In this document: piece by piece, positions 10,439-17,648 of the stretch
Position numbering within the stretch: position 1 is the stretch's first letter
Layout: the number at the start of each line of letters is the position of its first letter
Source: a virus
DNA: 64,000 nt
Virus record (IMG/VR): IMGVR_UViG_3300012668_000143
Span: 26,403 to 90,402 of that record
Reading direction: 5' to 3' (one strand)
Notes under the pieces: model-generated
Told to the model about the DNA's origin: nothing
The model's database searches: none
The model's input: only the letters and a program-made list of their open reading frames with translations
Made by a program: the position numbers and the translations under genes

Positions 10439-10603
10439 GGTTCACGGGCGGCAGTCTGTGCATGTGAGCGCGATTGGGATAGTTCTGTATGGCGACGCTT
10501 CTGTGCCGGCGCGGTCATCTGTGCGCATGGTTTTTGGGGTGTCAGTCGCGCAGGCGGAGAGACAGAGAACGGCGATTAGTGGTAGGATTCTTTGCATTCG
10601 AAG

Positions 10604-10618
10604 ATTTCACAGTGAAAG
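10604..10618 (+). promoter_or_regulatory. Palindromic operator TTTCAC-A-GTGAAA(G), copy 1
   Basis: ATTTCACAGTGAAAG 40 bp upstream of the 10658 gene; the same element occurs at 32316-32330. Confidence 0.6.
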
Positions 10619-10657
10619 TGTTTGGTATAGAGAGTTTATCAACAATTTGAGTAACTT

Positions 10658-10936
10658 ATGAAACGCACAGTAACCTTTGCAGCTATTCTCGCACTTGCCG
10701 CATCGTCCGCCGTTGCCGCCGATGCTCCCACAGGCCCGCTGCCAAAAGGCACGACTTGTTTCTCCGGCTCGCTCCGCGATACCGAGCAAAGCCCAATGTC
10801 GTGCAAGGGGATCGGGAAGGTGGCGAACGTGGCAGCGATTTACGAACTCGGGTATCGCGTCGTCAGTACCGTCCTGCTGCACGAAGCTGGTATGGGTACT
10901 GTTGTGCTCATTATTGAGAAGGTAGTGGATCGGTGA
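10658..10936 (+). CDS. Small exported protein (signal peptide, two Cys)
   Basis: MKRTVTFAAILALAASSAVA signal peptide; convergent with traG. Confidence 0.7.
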   Translation: MKRTVTFAAILALAASSAVAADAPTGPLPKGTTCFSGSLRDTEQSPMSCKGIGKVANVAAIYELGYRVVSTVLLHEAGMGTVVLIIEKVVDR

Positions 10937-11181
10937 GTTGGCAAATTTTCAGCAACATGGTTTGGCAGATCGTTAACGCTCTCAGCGTGTGGCTGGTTGT
11001 GCTCGTCATGGTCGGCTGGATACCTGCATTGGGGTGGTGGCTGACGGACGGCTTTAAAGGCTGGCATCGTCTGCCGCCGTCCAAAATAGGATACCAAAAC
11101 GTGCCGAATCCGCGTACAAACCGGACGATCATCGCGCCGGTGGATGAGAGAACAGGGTTTCCTGTGGCATGGCCTGATTAA
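10933..11181 (+). CDS. Small membrane protein, candidate entry-exclusion factor
   Basis: Trp-rich TM segment; overlaps the traG stop on the opposite strand, the position of eex in SXT/R391 and IncC elements. Confidence 0.45.
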   Translation: MSWQIFSNMVWQIVNALSVWLVVLVMVGWIPALGWWLTDGFKGWHRLPPSKIGYQNVPNPRTNRTIIAPVDERTGFPVAWPD

Positions 11182-14100
11182 GGCTTGATCGTCAGGTCTG
11201 ACCCTATCCCACGTTTTTGATTATCGGTTAGCTTCTCGCCGTTAGCAGTGCCGGGGCCGCCTGTAATGGCATCGAGAATCTTGCTTCCGGTGTCCCTAAT
11301 ATCCCGGCCTTCTATCTCTTCAACGACAGCCATCGGATTCGCCCGTCCTCTACCCAATTCCTTATCGTGACTGGCCCAAGCGTGCGTGTTCTCGTCCAGC
11401 GCAGCCGCGCGGTTTGGAATGCTGCCGGTAGCGTTTGGATTCAGATGCGATCTGACTTCGTGCTCGGTCGCAGGCACGATCACTGGCATTGCGGTATCGG
11501 CTGCTACCGGCCCGGTTCCTGTAAAGCCGGTTTGAGCAGACTTCGAACGGTAGCGATCTCCGATGTCGTTCGGCAGATCGCGCACGTTTCTGTCTGACGT
11601 AGCCGCAAGATCGCCGGTATTCGCCGGTAGCCGGTTGCCGTCGAAAGACGTGTTCGGCATGGCGGTAGCGCCGGTCATGGCTTCTCTTTCGGCGGCATAG
11701 TCATTTATCATCTTCGATATGCGGCCCTCCTCTTGGCCGAGAAAACGGTTTGCGTTCAAACCGTTGCGTTCGGCTACCTTTGCCAAATAGTGAGGGTCTG
11801 CCATCATATTGCGCTGAATCGCAAAGCTGCGACTCTCGCTGGTGCTGGCGCGCGTGCCTATGCCGCGCTCGGAGCGGTCTGATACGTCTTTCACGGTGCT
11901 GCGCTCGTCCACATTGGAGCGTGACGCATCGCGGCCTGAGCGGTCGGTCTGCGCCGACTGGTCGCCGGTTCCTGCGGTAACTGCGCGTTGTCCGCTGATC
12001 GAATAGCCGCGCTCGATACGGGCGTTCTCGTCTACCGAGTGGCTATCGCCTTCGGAACGATCGCGCCCGTGGCTGGCCTGATAGTTCTTCTGCGAAGTGA
12101 ATCCGACCGTGCCGCCGACGCCTGCGCCGCTGGTCAGGCCGGAGCCGGACTGCGCACCTGACTGTCCGCCGCGGTAGTTGCTGAGGGCGTTGTCGATCTC
12201 GGACTTGCTCGCGCCGCCCTTCTTCATGCCATCGGCGATGCGCTTTTCGTCTGCTTGCATTCTGCCGTCGCCTGGCGACGAAGGATTGATCGGATTGCCG
12301 CCGACGCCTGATCCGCCACCGCCGCCGTTCCAGCCGACGTTGCCGCTGAGATTGGCGCCCATGTAGCCGCTGTCGCTGGCTCCGGTAGACGCGCCAAACG
12401 TCGAGCGATCGCTGTATTGCCGATTCAAACTCTGGCCGGTGCCGTGGCTGCCGTGTTCCTGCCCGGACATTCCAACGCCAGCATTTACGCCGGTATTCTG
12501 GAATGCGCCGCGAGTCGTATCGTGGCCGGTAACGTTGGTCAGCGTGGCCGAGTCGCCGTGCCGGTAGGACGCCTGCTGGCCGGACGATGTGATCGCCGTG
12601 GCGTGGCTTTCCCGTGCGCTGTCGGACTGGAACCTATGATCCGCGCTCGCCGATGTAATCATGTGGTTCTGATATTGCTGCAAGGCAGCGGTGCCGTTCG
12701 GAGCCATGATGCCGGTCGATCCTCCGGCATAACCGATGGACGAGCCGCCGCCGGTTAGTCCGACATTGGAATCGTATTTGTGCATCGAGGTCGAGTTGAC
12801 CGAGGCCGTGTCGAGTCCGACCTGGCCCATGCTCAGATTGCCGGATGCCATGCTTGAGCCGACCGATGCTCCGGCACTGCTGAAACCGGAAACCATCATC
12901 GAGGCGACGCTCATGAAGCCCTGTTGCGACATCTTGATAATCATGCCGGAAATGATCGGCACGAGGATCACCAGATAGCCGATAGCAGCCTGTTCGTCGC
13001 CGAGCGTGGCGTCGAATACGTCGGACAACTGGAACGGTACGCCATTGGCAAGACTGAGCGCGGCCATCTTGTGGCGCAGATGCAGTAGCGACAGGTGGTT
13101 GATGACTGCGAACATGACCGGCCACATGCCGATCCACGCGAGCAGCATCATGTAGCCGCCGATGAGCCGTTTCGCGCCTTCGGCGGATACGACTACCATC
13201 AGCACGACCATCACCGGGAACATCGCGTACAGGATGGCTTCCAGCCAGTTACGCATGTGCGGCAGTGTTTCCTGCCCCAGCATTGAGAGTGTGGCATTGG
13301 AGCCGTCGGCCTGACGCGCAGCCTGCGCCGCGCCTGCCATGTGCTGCAATTCCTGAATCCGCGTCGGGTCGCTCATCAGCGCCGGCAGTTCCGATCCCGC
13401 ATCGCGCCAGATGTTGTTGAACATGGCCTGCTTCATGGCGTCGGATGCGCTCGCGGAACTCGCCAGAATCCAGTCGTAGGAGCTGCCGATTGACGTGGCG
13501 AACATGCTTTTCGCTACGGCGTCGGTGCCGACGCGGGTAAATGCTTGTCTGCCGTAAAAGGTTTGTGCGGCATCGATGCCAGCGTTGACGCGGCCTTTCA
13601 GCACCGCGGCGGTATTCGTGCAGGTATCGGTCGTCGGTGTAGCCGTCAGCGTGTTGTAGGTGACGAAGCGGGCCGGACTGGTATTGGAAAATACCGTGTT
13701 CCATGTGTCGGTTTGGCCGACGATCTGATCCGGCGTGATTACTCCGTCGCGGATGTCGTACAAGGTGCATTCCTTGAAGAACTGCATCAGGTCGGAACGC
13801 AGCCCAGGCTCGCGGATGATGACGTTGTTGACGTTCTTCAGAATGCGATGGCCGAACGCCAGATCGCCTTTAGCGAGTCCTAGATCGTCGGGTACGCCGA
13901 ATACTGTTTCATAGGTATGCGTCGCCCAGCCGAAGGCAAGATTCGTGGTTTGCGCGACGACGGCGAGAGAGAACGGCACATTGTCGATGACGCGCGGCGG
14001 CTCCAGATCGGTTTTGTCGGTCAGCAGAACGCGCGCAATCGGCATGTTCAGCAGGGTTGTAAAGATCAACGCCTGAATGAACCATGTGAAAAATTCCGCC

Positions 14101-14267
14101 TGCTTGTTGCTGAAGGCGAGCGCAAAGACGCCGAGCAACAGGGCGAACAGGAAAACCATCTTCAGCAGACCGGCAAAGCCTTCTCCAGCCATGATCGAGG
14201 CCACGCCGTTGAGGACGTAGTACAACGTCTCGACATTCCAATATGTCGCGATTTCGAAGTCGATCAT
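11178..14267 (-). CDS. traG: TraG mating-pair stabilisation protein (F-type)
   Basis: TraG_N-type start (TYWNVETLYYVLNGVAS, PRVIDNVPF), multiple TMs, long low-complexity C-terminus; follows traH. Confidence 0.92.
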   Translation of the reverse strand: MIDFEIATYWNVETLYYVLNGVASIMAGEGFAGLLKMVFLFALLLGVFALAFSNKQAEFFTWFIQALIFTTLLNMPIARVLLTDKTDLEPPRVIDNVPFSLAVVAQTTNLAFGWATHTYETVFGVPDDLGLAKGDLAFGHRILKNVNNVIIREPGLRSDLMQFFKECTLYDIRDGVITPDQIVGQTDTWNTVFSNTSPARFVTYNTLTATPTTDTCTNTAAVLKGRVNAGIDAAQTFYGRQAFTRVGTDAVAKSMFATSIGSSYDWILASSASASDAMKQAMFNNIWRDAGSELPALMSDPTRIQELQHMAGAAQAARQADGSNATLSMLGQETLPHMRNWLEAILYAMFPVMVVLMVVVSAEGAKRLIGGYMMLLAWIGMWPVMFAVINHLSLLHLRHKMAALSLANGVPFQLSDVFDATLGDEQAAIGYLVILVPIISGMIIKMSQQGFMSVASMMVSGFSSAGASVGSSMASGNLSMGQVGLDTASVNSTSMHKYDSNVGLTGGGSSIGYAGGSTGIMAPNGTAALQQYQNHMITSASADHRFQSDSARESHATAITSSGQQASYRHGDSATLTNVTGHDTTRGAFQNTGVNAGVGMSGQEHGSHGTGQSLNRQYSDRSTFGASTGASDSGYMGANLSGNVGWNGGGGGSGVGGNPINPSSPGDGRMQADEKRIADGMKKGGASKSEIDNALSNYRGGQSGAQSGSGLTSGAGVGGTVGFTSQKNYQASHGRDRSEGDSHSVDENARIERGYSISGQRAVTAGTGDQSAQTDRSGRDASRSNVDERSTVKDVSDRSERGIGTRASTSESRSFAIQRNMMADPHYLAKVAERNGLNANRFLGQEEGRISKMINDYAAEREAMTGATAMPNTSFDGNRLPANTGDLAATSDRNVRDLPNDIGDRYRSKSAQTGFTGTGPVAADTAMPVIVPATEHEVRSHLNPNATGSIPNRAAALDENTHAWASHDKELGRGRANPMAVVEEIEGRDIRDTGSKILDAITGGPGTANGEKLTDNQKRGIGSDLTIKP

Positions 14268-14276
14268 GGCCGATCC

Positions 14277-15686
14277 TCAGTGCAGGCTCTTGCCGTAGGC
14301 CAGCGACGTGCGCAACGTGCCGGACAGATTGGCGGTCATGGCGCGCTCCATGTACGCTACCTCCTCCGCGATGTGGTAGGTGCTGATGGTCTGCGTGTAC
14401 GCGGTCAACAAAACGGCGCGCGCGTCCTTCTCAATCGTGTCGATGTCCGGTTGCAGCTTTTCCATGACTGCAGAAACGGACGGGCTTGCTTGTGCCGAAT
14501 ACTTGGAAAGCGCAGCCCTGAGATCGTGCGCGGCCCGCTGTAGATAGACTTCCGCGTATTTGGCGGCGAGCAGCTCTTGATAGCGGTTGACCAGGTTATC
14601 GGCCACGGCGGTATTGTCGAGCGAGGTTGCGACGGCGAGGATTTTGTAGACCGGAATATCGGTCGCGTTCAGAAATTTCATGATGCCGGCGGGATCGGCA
14701 AATGCTGAACGAGTAGAAATATTGTCTGTGATGTCCCACATTTTTTTACGAATCATGGCCCGGAAGCTTTTGGTAGTCAGGTTTTCTTCGTGAACCGTGA
14801 GGCAATCGACCGGCTCATCGCATTTCCAGATCGGCAGGTCGATCTCGCCCATTGGCTTACCATCCTCATCGACTACATTGCCGCCGAGCAAGGTCTGTAC
14901 GGTGATTTCCTTGCGGACGAGGACAATAGGGGGTGTTTCCTTGTCTGTTGAAAATATCGACGTGCCGATCATCGACATTAAGAGCATCTTGTATTCGTCG
15001 GTGAGTCCGTCGAGGCTCTTGAGCGCGTTCCACGTTACATTGCCGACCGGCAAGGCGCTTTTTACCTCCGGCTTTGATTCAGCTACTTTGTTGATGGCGT
15101 CGTTTGCCTTGGCCTGATTGCCCATGACGTTCGTCCACGCATCGGTGATGTCGGAGAACACGCCGGTATCCACGCCATAGTTCTTCGCCGTGTTCTGCTT
15201 GTCGCGCGTCCAGTTATCTGGAATGCTGGCGTTGACGAAGCCCTTGGCCGTTTCGCACGAATCGATGTTCTGCCGATTTATCGCCTGCGCCGTAGCTTGG
15301 AGTGCCTGCATTACGTTGTCGCACGTCGGGCACAGATTTTGCACGGCAAGTTTGAATCCGTAACCGAGAGCGTTCGAGCCGATATTCTTCAAAAGTGCGA
15401 CGTACTGTTCCTTGTTGATGTAACTGAAGCCGCCAGCAAACAGGTCGATACCGCCGCAACCGGCATTCCAGCTTGGTGGGGTGAAACTGGCGACGTTGTA
15501 GGTTTGCTTCGGCATGCGCAAAAACATGCTGCCGCCAGATAACATATTTAATGTTTGTCCCTGAAGGGCTGCCGGGCTTGAGACATTGCCTTGCGCGTTA
15601 ACATCATCGAACAACTCTTGCATACTCATTGCGCTGGCGTTAGCAGTTAAAAGGCAGGCGGCAGCGATGCCTGTTATTGTTCGCAT
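14277..15686 (-). CDS. traH: TraH pilus assembly protein
   Basis: PSWNAGCGGIDLFAGGFSYIN, CPTC and SCETAK motifs; start moved to the signal peptide MRTITGIAAACLL. Confidence 0.93.
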   Translation of the reverse strand: MRTITGIAAACLLTANASAMSMQELFDDVNAQGNVSSPAALQGQTLNMLSGGSMFLRMPKQTYNVASFTPPSWNAGCGGIDLFAGGFSYINKEQYVALLKNIGSNALGYGFKLAVQNLCPTCDNVMQALQATAQAINRQNIDSCETAKGFVNASIPDNWTRDKQNTAKNYGVDTGVFSDITDAWTNVMGNQAKANDAINKVAESKPEVKSALPVGNVTWNALKSLDGLTDEYKMLLMSMIGTSIFSTDKETPPIVLVRKEITVQTLLGGNVVDEDGKPMGEIDLPIWKCDEPVDCLTVHEENLTTKSFRAMIRKKMWDITDNISTRSAFADPAGIMKFLNATDIPVYKILAVATSLDNTAVADNLVNRYQELLAAKYAEVYLQRAAHDLRAALSKYSAQASPSVSAVMEKLQPDIDTIEKDARAVLLTAYTQTISTYHIAEEVAYMERAMTANLSGTLRTSLAYGKSLH

Positions 15687-15705
15687 GATTGGTAGTGCCA
15701 TCGAT

Positions 15706-16197
15706 CTATGCCTTCGCAAATGCTTCAAGTGTCTTTGCCAGCGGTAGTGCTTGATGTGCTGTTGTAACGTGCGCTTCGATGCGCTTGATGTTCGGCTGCG
15801 ATGCGAACGAAGTCAGCGCACCCATCATCGACATAAAGGCGTTCTGCTTGATCTTGGATTCGTTCGAGAGCTTGTCGAATTCGACCGCAGCCAGCTTGCG
15901 AATTGAACGACGCGATACTCGTCTGATGCGCCTCAAGTCTCCCTCCGAGGACGCGATAATGTCGTCATCCTTCAGCCGTGTGACGCCGACATTCCTGATG
16001 GATGCGAAGACCATCCGCCGGTCGTACAGCGCCTTATGAATCGCCGATACGAGAATGTGTCGGCTCCGGTATTGAACGTCGATACCGACGAGGCCGGATA
16101 GCTCTGTGTATTGAATCTCGTCTCCGACTTTTGCTGCGATCAGTCGCTCGAAGATAAGACGAGCATCGACTGATAGTTGAAACTGTGGGCGTGCCAT
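15706..16197 (-). CDS. Uncharacterised basic protein, accessory to the RAMP/pentamer-array module
   Basis: Own RBS (AGGAG) fused to the end of array 4; Arg-rich helix RRIRRVSRRSIRKL; possible wHTH-like N-terminus. Confidence 0.75.
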   Translation of the reverse strand: MARPQFQLSVDARLIFERLIAAKVGDEIQYTELSGLVGIDVQYRSRHILVSAIHKALYDRRMVFASIRNVGVTRLKDDDIIASSEGDLRRIRRVSRRSIRKLAAVEFDKLSNESKIKQNAFMSMMGALTSFASQPNIKRIEAHVTTAHQALPLAKTLEAFAKA

Positions 16198-16215
16198 TTG
16201 AATCTCCTAGAAAAA

Positions 16216-16280
16216 ACGTTGCGATGCGTTGCGTGGCGTTACTGTGCCAAGTCAAGCCGAGTGCAGTCTTGCCGTGCCGC
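16216..16280 (-). repeat. Pentamer array 4 (13 units, NN+nRY), putative guide RNA
   Basis: Minus strand: GCGGC ACGGC AAGAC TGCAC TCGGC TTGAC TTGGC ACAGT AACGC CACGC AACGC ATCGC AACGT. Confidence 0.88.
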
Positions 16281-16317
16281 TAAACCATACTTCCATACTG
16301 TCCTGCTAATCCCGTAA

Positions 16318-16372
16318 ACCTTGTCTCGCGCAGAGTAGCCAGACTACGCTTTGCACAGCGCCGCGTAGCCGC
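16318..16372 (-). repeat. Pentamer array 3 (11 units), putative guide RNA
   Basis: Minus strand: GCGGC TACGC GGCGC TGTGC AAAGC GTAGT CTGGC TACTC TGCGC GAGAC AAGGT. Confidence 0.82.
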
Positions 16373-16391
16373 TCCTGCTAATTCTGTAAAA

Positions 16392-16456
16392 CCCTTGTCT
16401 TGCGTTGCGTGGCCGCGTCTCGCCCCGTCCAGCCCCGTCTCGCTACGCCTCGTTAA
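16392..16456 (-). repeat. Pentamer array 2 (13 units), putative guide RNA
   Basis: Minus strand: TTAAC GAGGC GTAGC GAGAC GGGGC TGGAC GGGGC GAGAC GCGGC CACGC AACGC AAGAC AAGGG. Confidence 0.88.
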
Positions 16457-16458
16457 AT

Positions 16459-17022
16459 CTACGCATCCGCCCATTTCACTGCATCCACATTAAACCGCCC
16501 ATAAAACCCGTTCTTGATTGGCCTAAATCGCCCAATGCCGATAAACCTTCCGGCCTGTCGCAAGTGCTCGGTAAACACATCCTCAGTGATAGTTTCATCG
16601 AGCACATGAAATGTCACATCACCGCTCCAGTTCTGGATAACCGGCATGCACTTGTCTACCCGCTTCCCGCCGCCGCGTACTCCGTCTGACGGAAGAAACA
16701 GCCATTCTCCTGGAACATCGTTTTTCTTGATTGGCAAGGTCAGCACATCGAACACCAACACGCCGGCCTCAAAGTGCTTTTTGTACGAGTTGTTTCCCTT
16801 TCCAGGTATTTTTACGCCAAGATACTTCGCTGCATCCGATAGGCAGTTCTTGAACGTCATCGGAGGGATGAACACGTTGCCGTCGCTGTCCACATGAAGC
16901 CGCTCTCGCCAAGTGCGCTTCTCATAATCCTTGGGCTGCTCTTTGTCCAACTTCGGCACGTCGTAATGCCGACTTTGGGAATATGGTGAAAAACTGCTTA
17001 GTGTTGCTGTTGCTGTCTTCAA
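16459..17022 (-). CDS. Minimal Cas7/RAMP-like RNA-binding protein (Vipr-like)
   Basis: N-terminal beta strand plus SPYSQSR; FIPPMTFKNCL (cf. RAMP IPgsslKG); C-terminal Gly-rich loop QAGRFIGIGRFRP..NGFYGRF. TTG start with AGGAG RBS; no other cas genes in the window. Confidence 0.8.
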   Translation of the reverse strand: MKTATATLSSFSPYSQSRHYDVPKLDKEQPKDYEKRTWRERLHVDSDGNVFIPPMTFKNCLSDAAKYLGVKIPGKGNNSYKKHFEAGVLVFDVLTLPIKKNDVPGEWLFLPSDGVRGGGKRVDKCMPVIQNWSGDVTFHVLDETITEDVFTEHLRQAGRFIGIGRFRPIKNGFYGRFNVDAVKWADA

Positions 17023-17040
17023 TTTGTATCTCCTGAAAAA

Positions 17041-17105
17041 CCGTTGAGTTGCGATGCGACGCCTCGCCTGGCCGCGCCATGCCTTATCTAGCCGTGTCCT
17101 GCATT
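17041..17105 (-). repeat. Pentamer array 1 (13 units, mostly NN-GGC), putative guide RNA
   Basis: Minus strand: AATGC AGGAC ACGGC TAGAT AAGGC ATGGC GCGGC CAGGC GAGGC GTCGC ATCGC AACTC AACGG. Confidence 0.9.
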
Positions 17106-17112
17106 GATACTT

Positions 17113-17367
17113 TTACCCCACATTCTTCGGCGCCATAGCCTTCAGCACGCGCGCCGCAATACCCTGCAATTCCTCTTCACTCACTTCTTGCTTGAAGTCG
17201 TCAGCAAATGTCTCGCGCACAAACTTTTCGGTGGAATTCCGCAAGGCTTCGTGAGCGACAATCTTCGCTGCGAACGCTTCCTGCGCGACCACAGACCAGT
17301 TGATGCCGTCTAACACGTCCATTCTGGCTTTCAATTCATCAGGGATAGAAATGCTCATTCGTGCCAT
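17113..17367 (-). CDS. Ribbon-helix-helix (CopG-like) DNA-binding protein
   Basis: MARMSISIPDELKARMD...INWSVVAQEAF fits the RHH beta-alpha-alpha pattern; first gene of the module. Confidence 0.8.
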   Translation of the reverse strand: MARMSISIPDELKARMDVLDGINWSVVAQEAFAAKIVAHEALRNSTEKFVRETFADDFKQEVSEEELQGIAARVLKAMAPKNVG

Positions 17368-17397
17368 GTCTTTTCTCGTTTGTTTGAGCGATGATGC

Positions 17398-17425
17398 AGT
17401 ATAGCATGTTTATGCGTATGTGCAA
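17398..17425 (-). promoter_or_regulatory. Sigma70-type promoter of the RHH-array-RAMP operon
   Basis: Minus strand TTGCAC-16 bp-TATACT with an extended -10 TG, 30 bp upstream of the RHH start. Confidence 0.6.
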
Positions 17426-17540
17426 GTTGTTTTGCGCCGTCTAGCCACATGCAGTCCCGTATAGCTCCATACGGCTCCATCAAGCTGTGCTGTGCGTCTC
17501 AATGCGTCGCAATACGTCTCAGTACACAACGGTACACTGT
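17426..17540 (+). repeat. Pentamer array 5 (23 degenerate NN+nRY units), divergent orientation
   Basis: All 23 consecutive 5-mers end in C/T and 21 have a purine at position 4, e.g. CTAGC CACAT GCAGT CCCGT ATAGC TCCAT ACGGC TCCAT CAAGC TGTGC TGTGC GTCTC AATGC GTCGC AATAC. Confidence 0.65.
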
Positions 17541-17565
17541 ATGCGACAATCTTCTACGCCACATT

Positions 17566-17640
17566 CTCGCCGTAGTTCAACGGATAGAACACGTGCCTCC
17601 TAAGCGCGAAATGCCGGTTCGATTCCGGTCGGCGAGACCA
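17566..17640 (+). tRNA. tRNA-Arg(CCT)
   Basis: Folded by hand: acceptor CTCGCCG/CGGCGAG, D arm GTTC/GAAC, anticodon stem CGTGC/GCGCG with loop CT-CCT-AA, T arm GCCGG-TTCGATT-CCGGT, discriminator A plus encoded CCA; 75 nt. Confidence 0.92.
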
Positions 17641-17648
17641 GTGATAGT

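Noticed and set aside
15687-15728. Longer traH start given by the ORF track
   Set aside because: It overlaps the upstream accessory gene; the signal peptide begins at 15686.
16280-16474. 64-aa ORF over arrays 2-3
   Set aside because: A by-product of the stop-poor pentamer repeats; no RBS or protein-like features.
16216-17105. Calling the arrays a CRISPR array
   Set aside because: There are no 23-50 bp identical repeats with unique spacers of regular length; the periodicity is 5 nt. No cas1/cas2 or other cas genes are present.
16216-17540. Simple microsatellite or slippage origin for the pentamers
   Set aside because: Adjacent units are mostly non-identical (only the triplet is constrained), and the arrays have shared boundaries, which slippage does not produce.
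17566-17640. tRNA as an attB/attL integration site
   Set aside because: I noticed no second copy of its 3' end in the window and no integrase.
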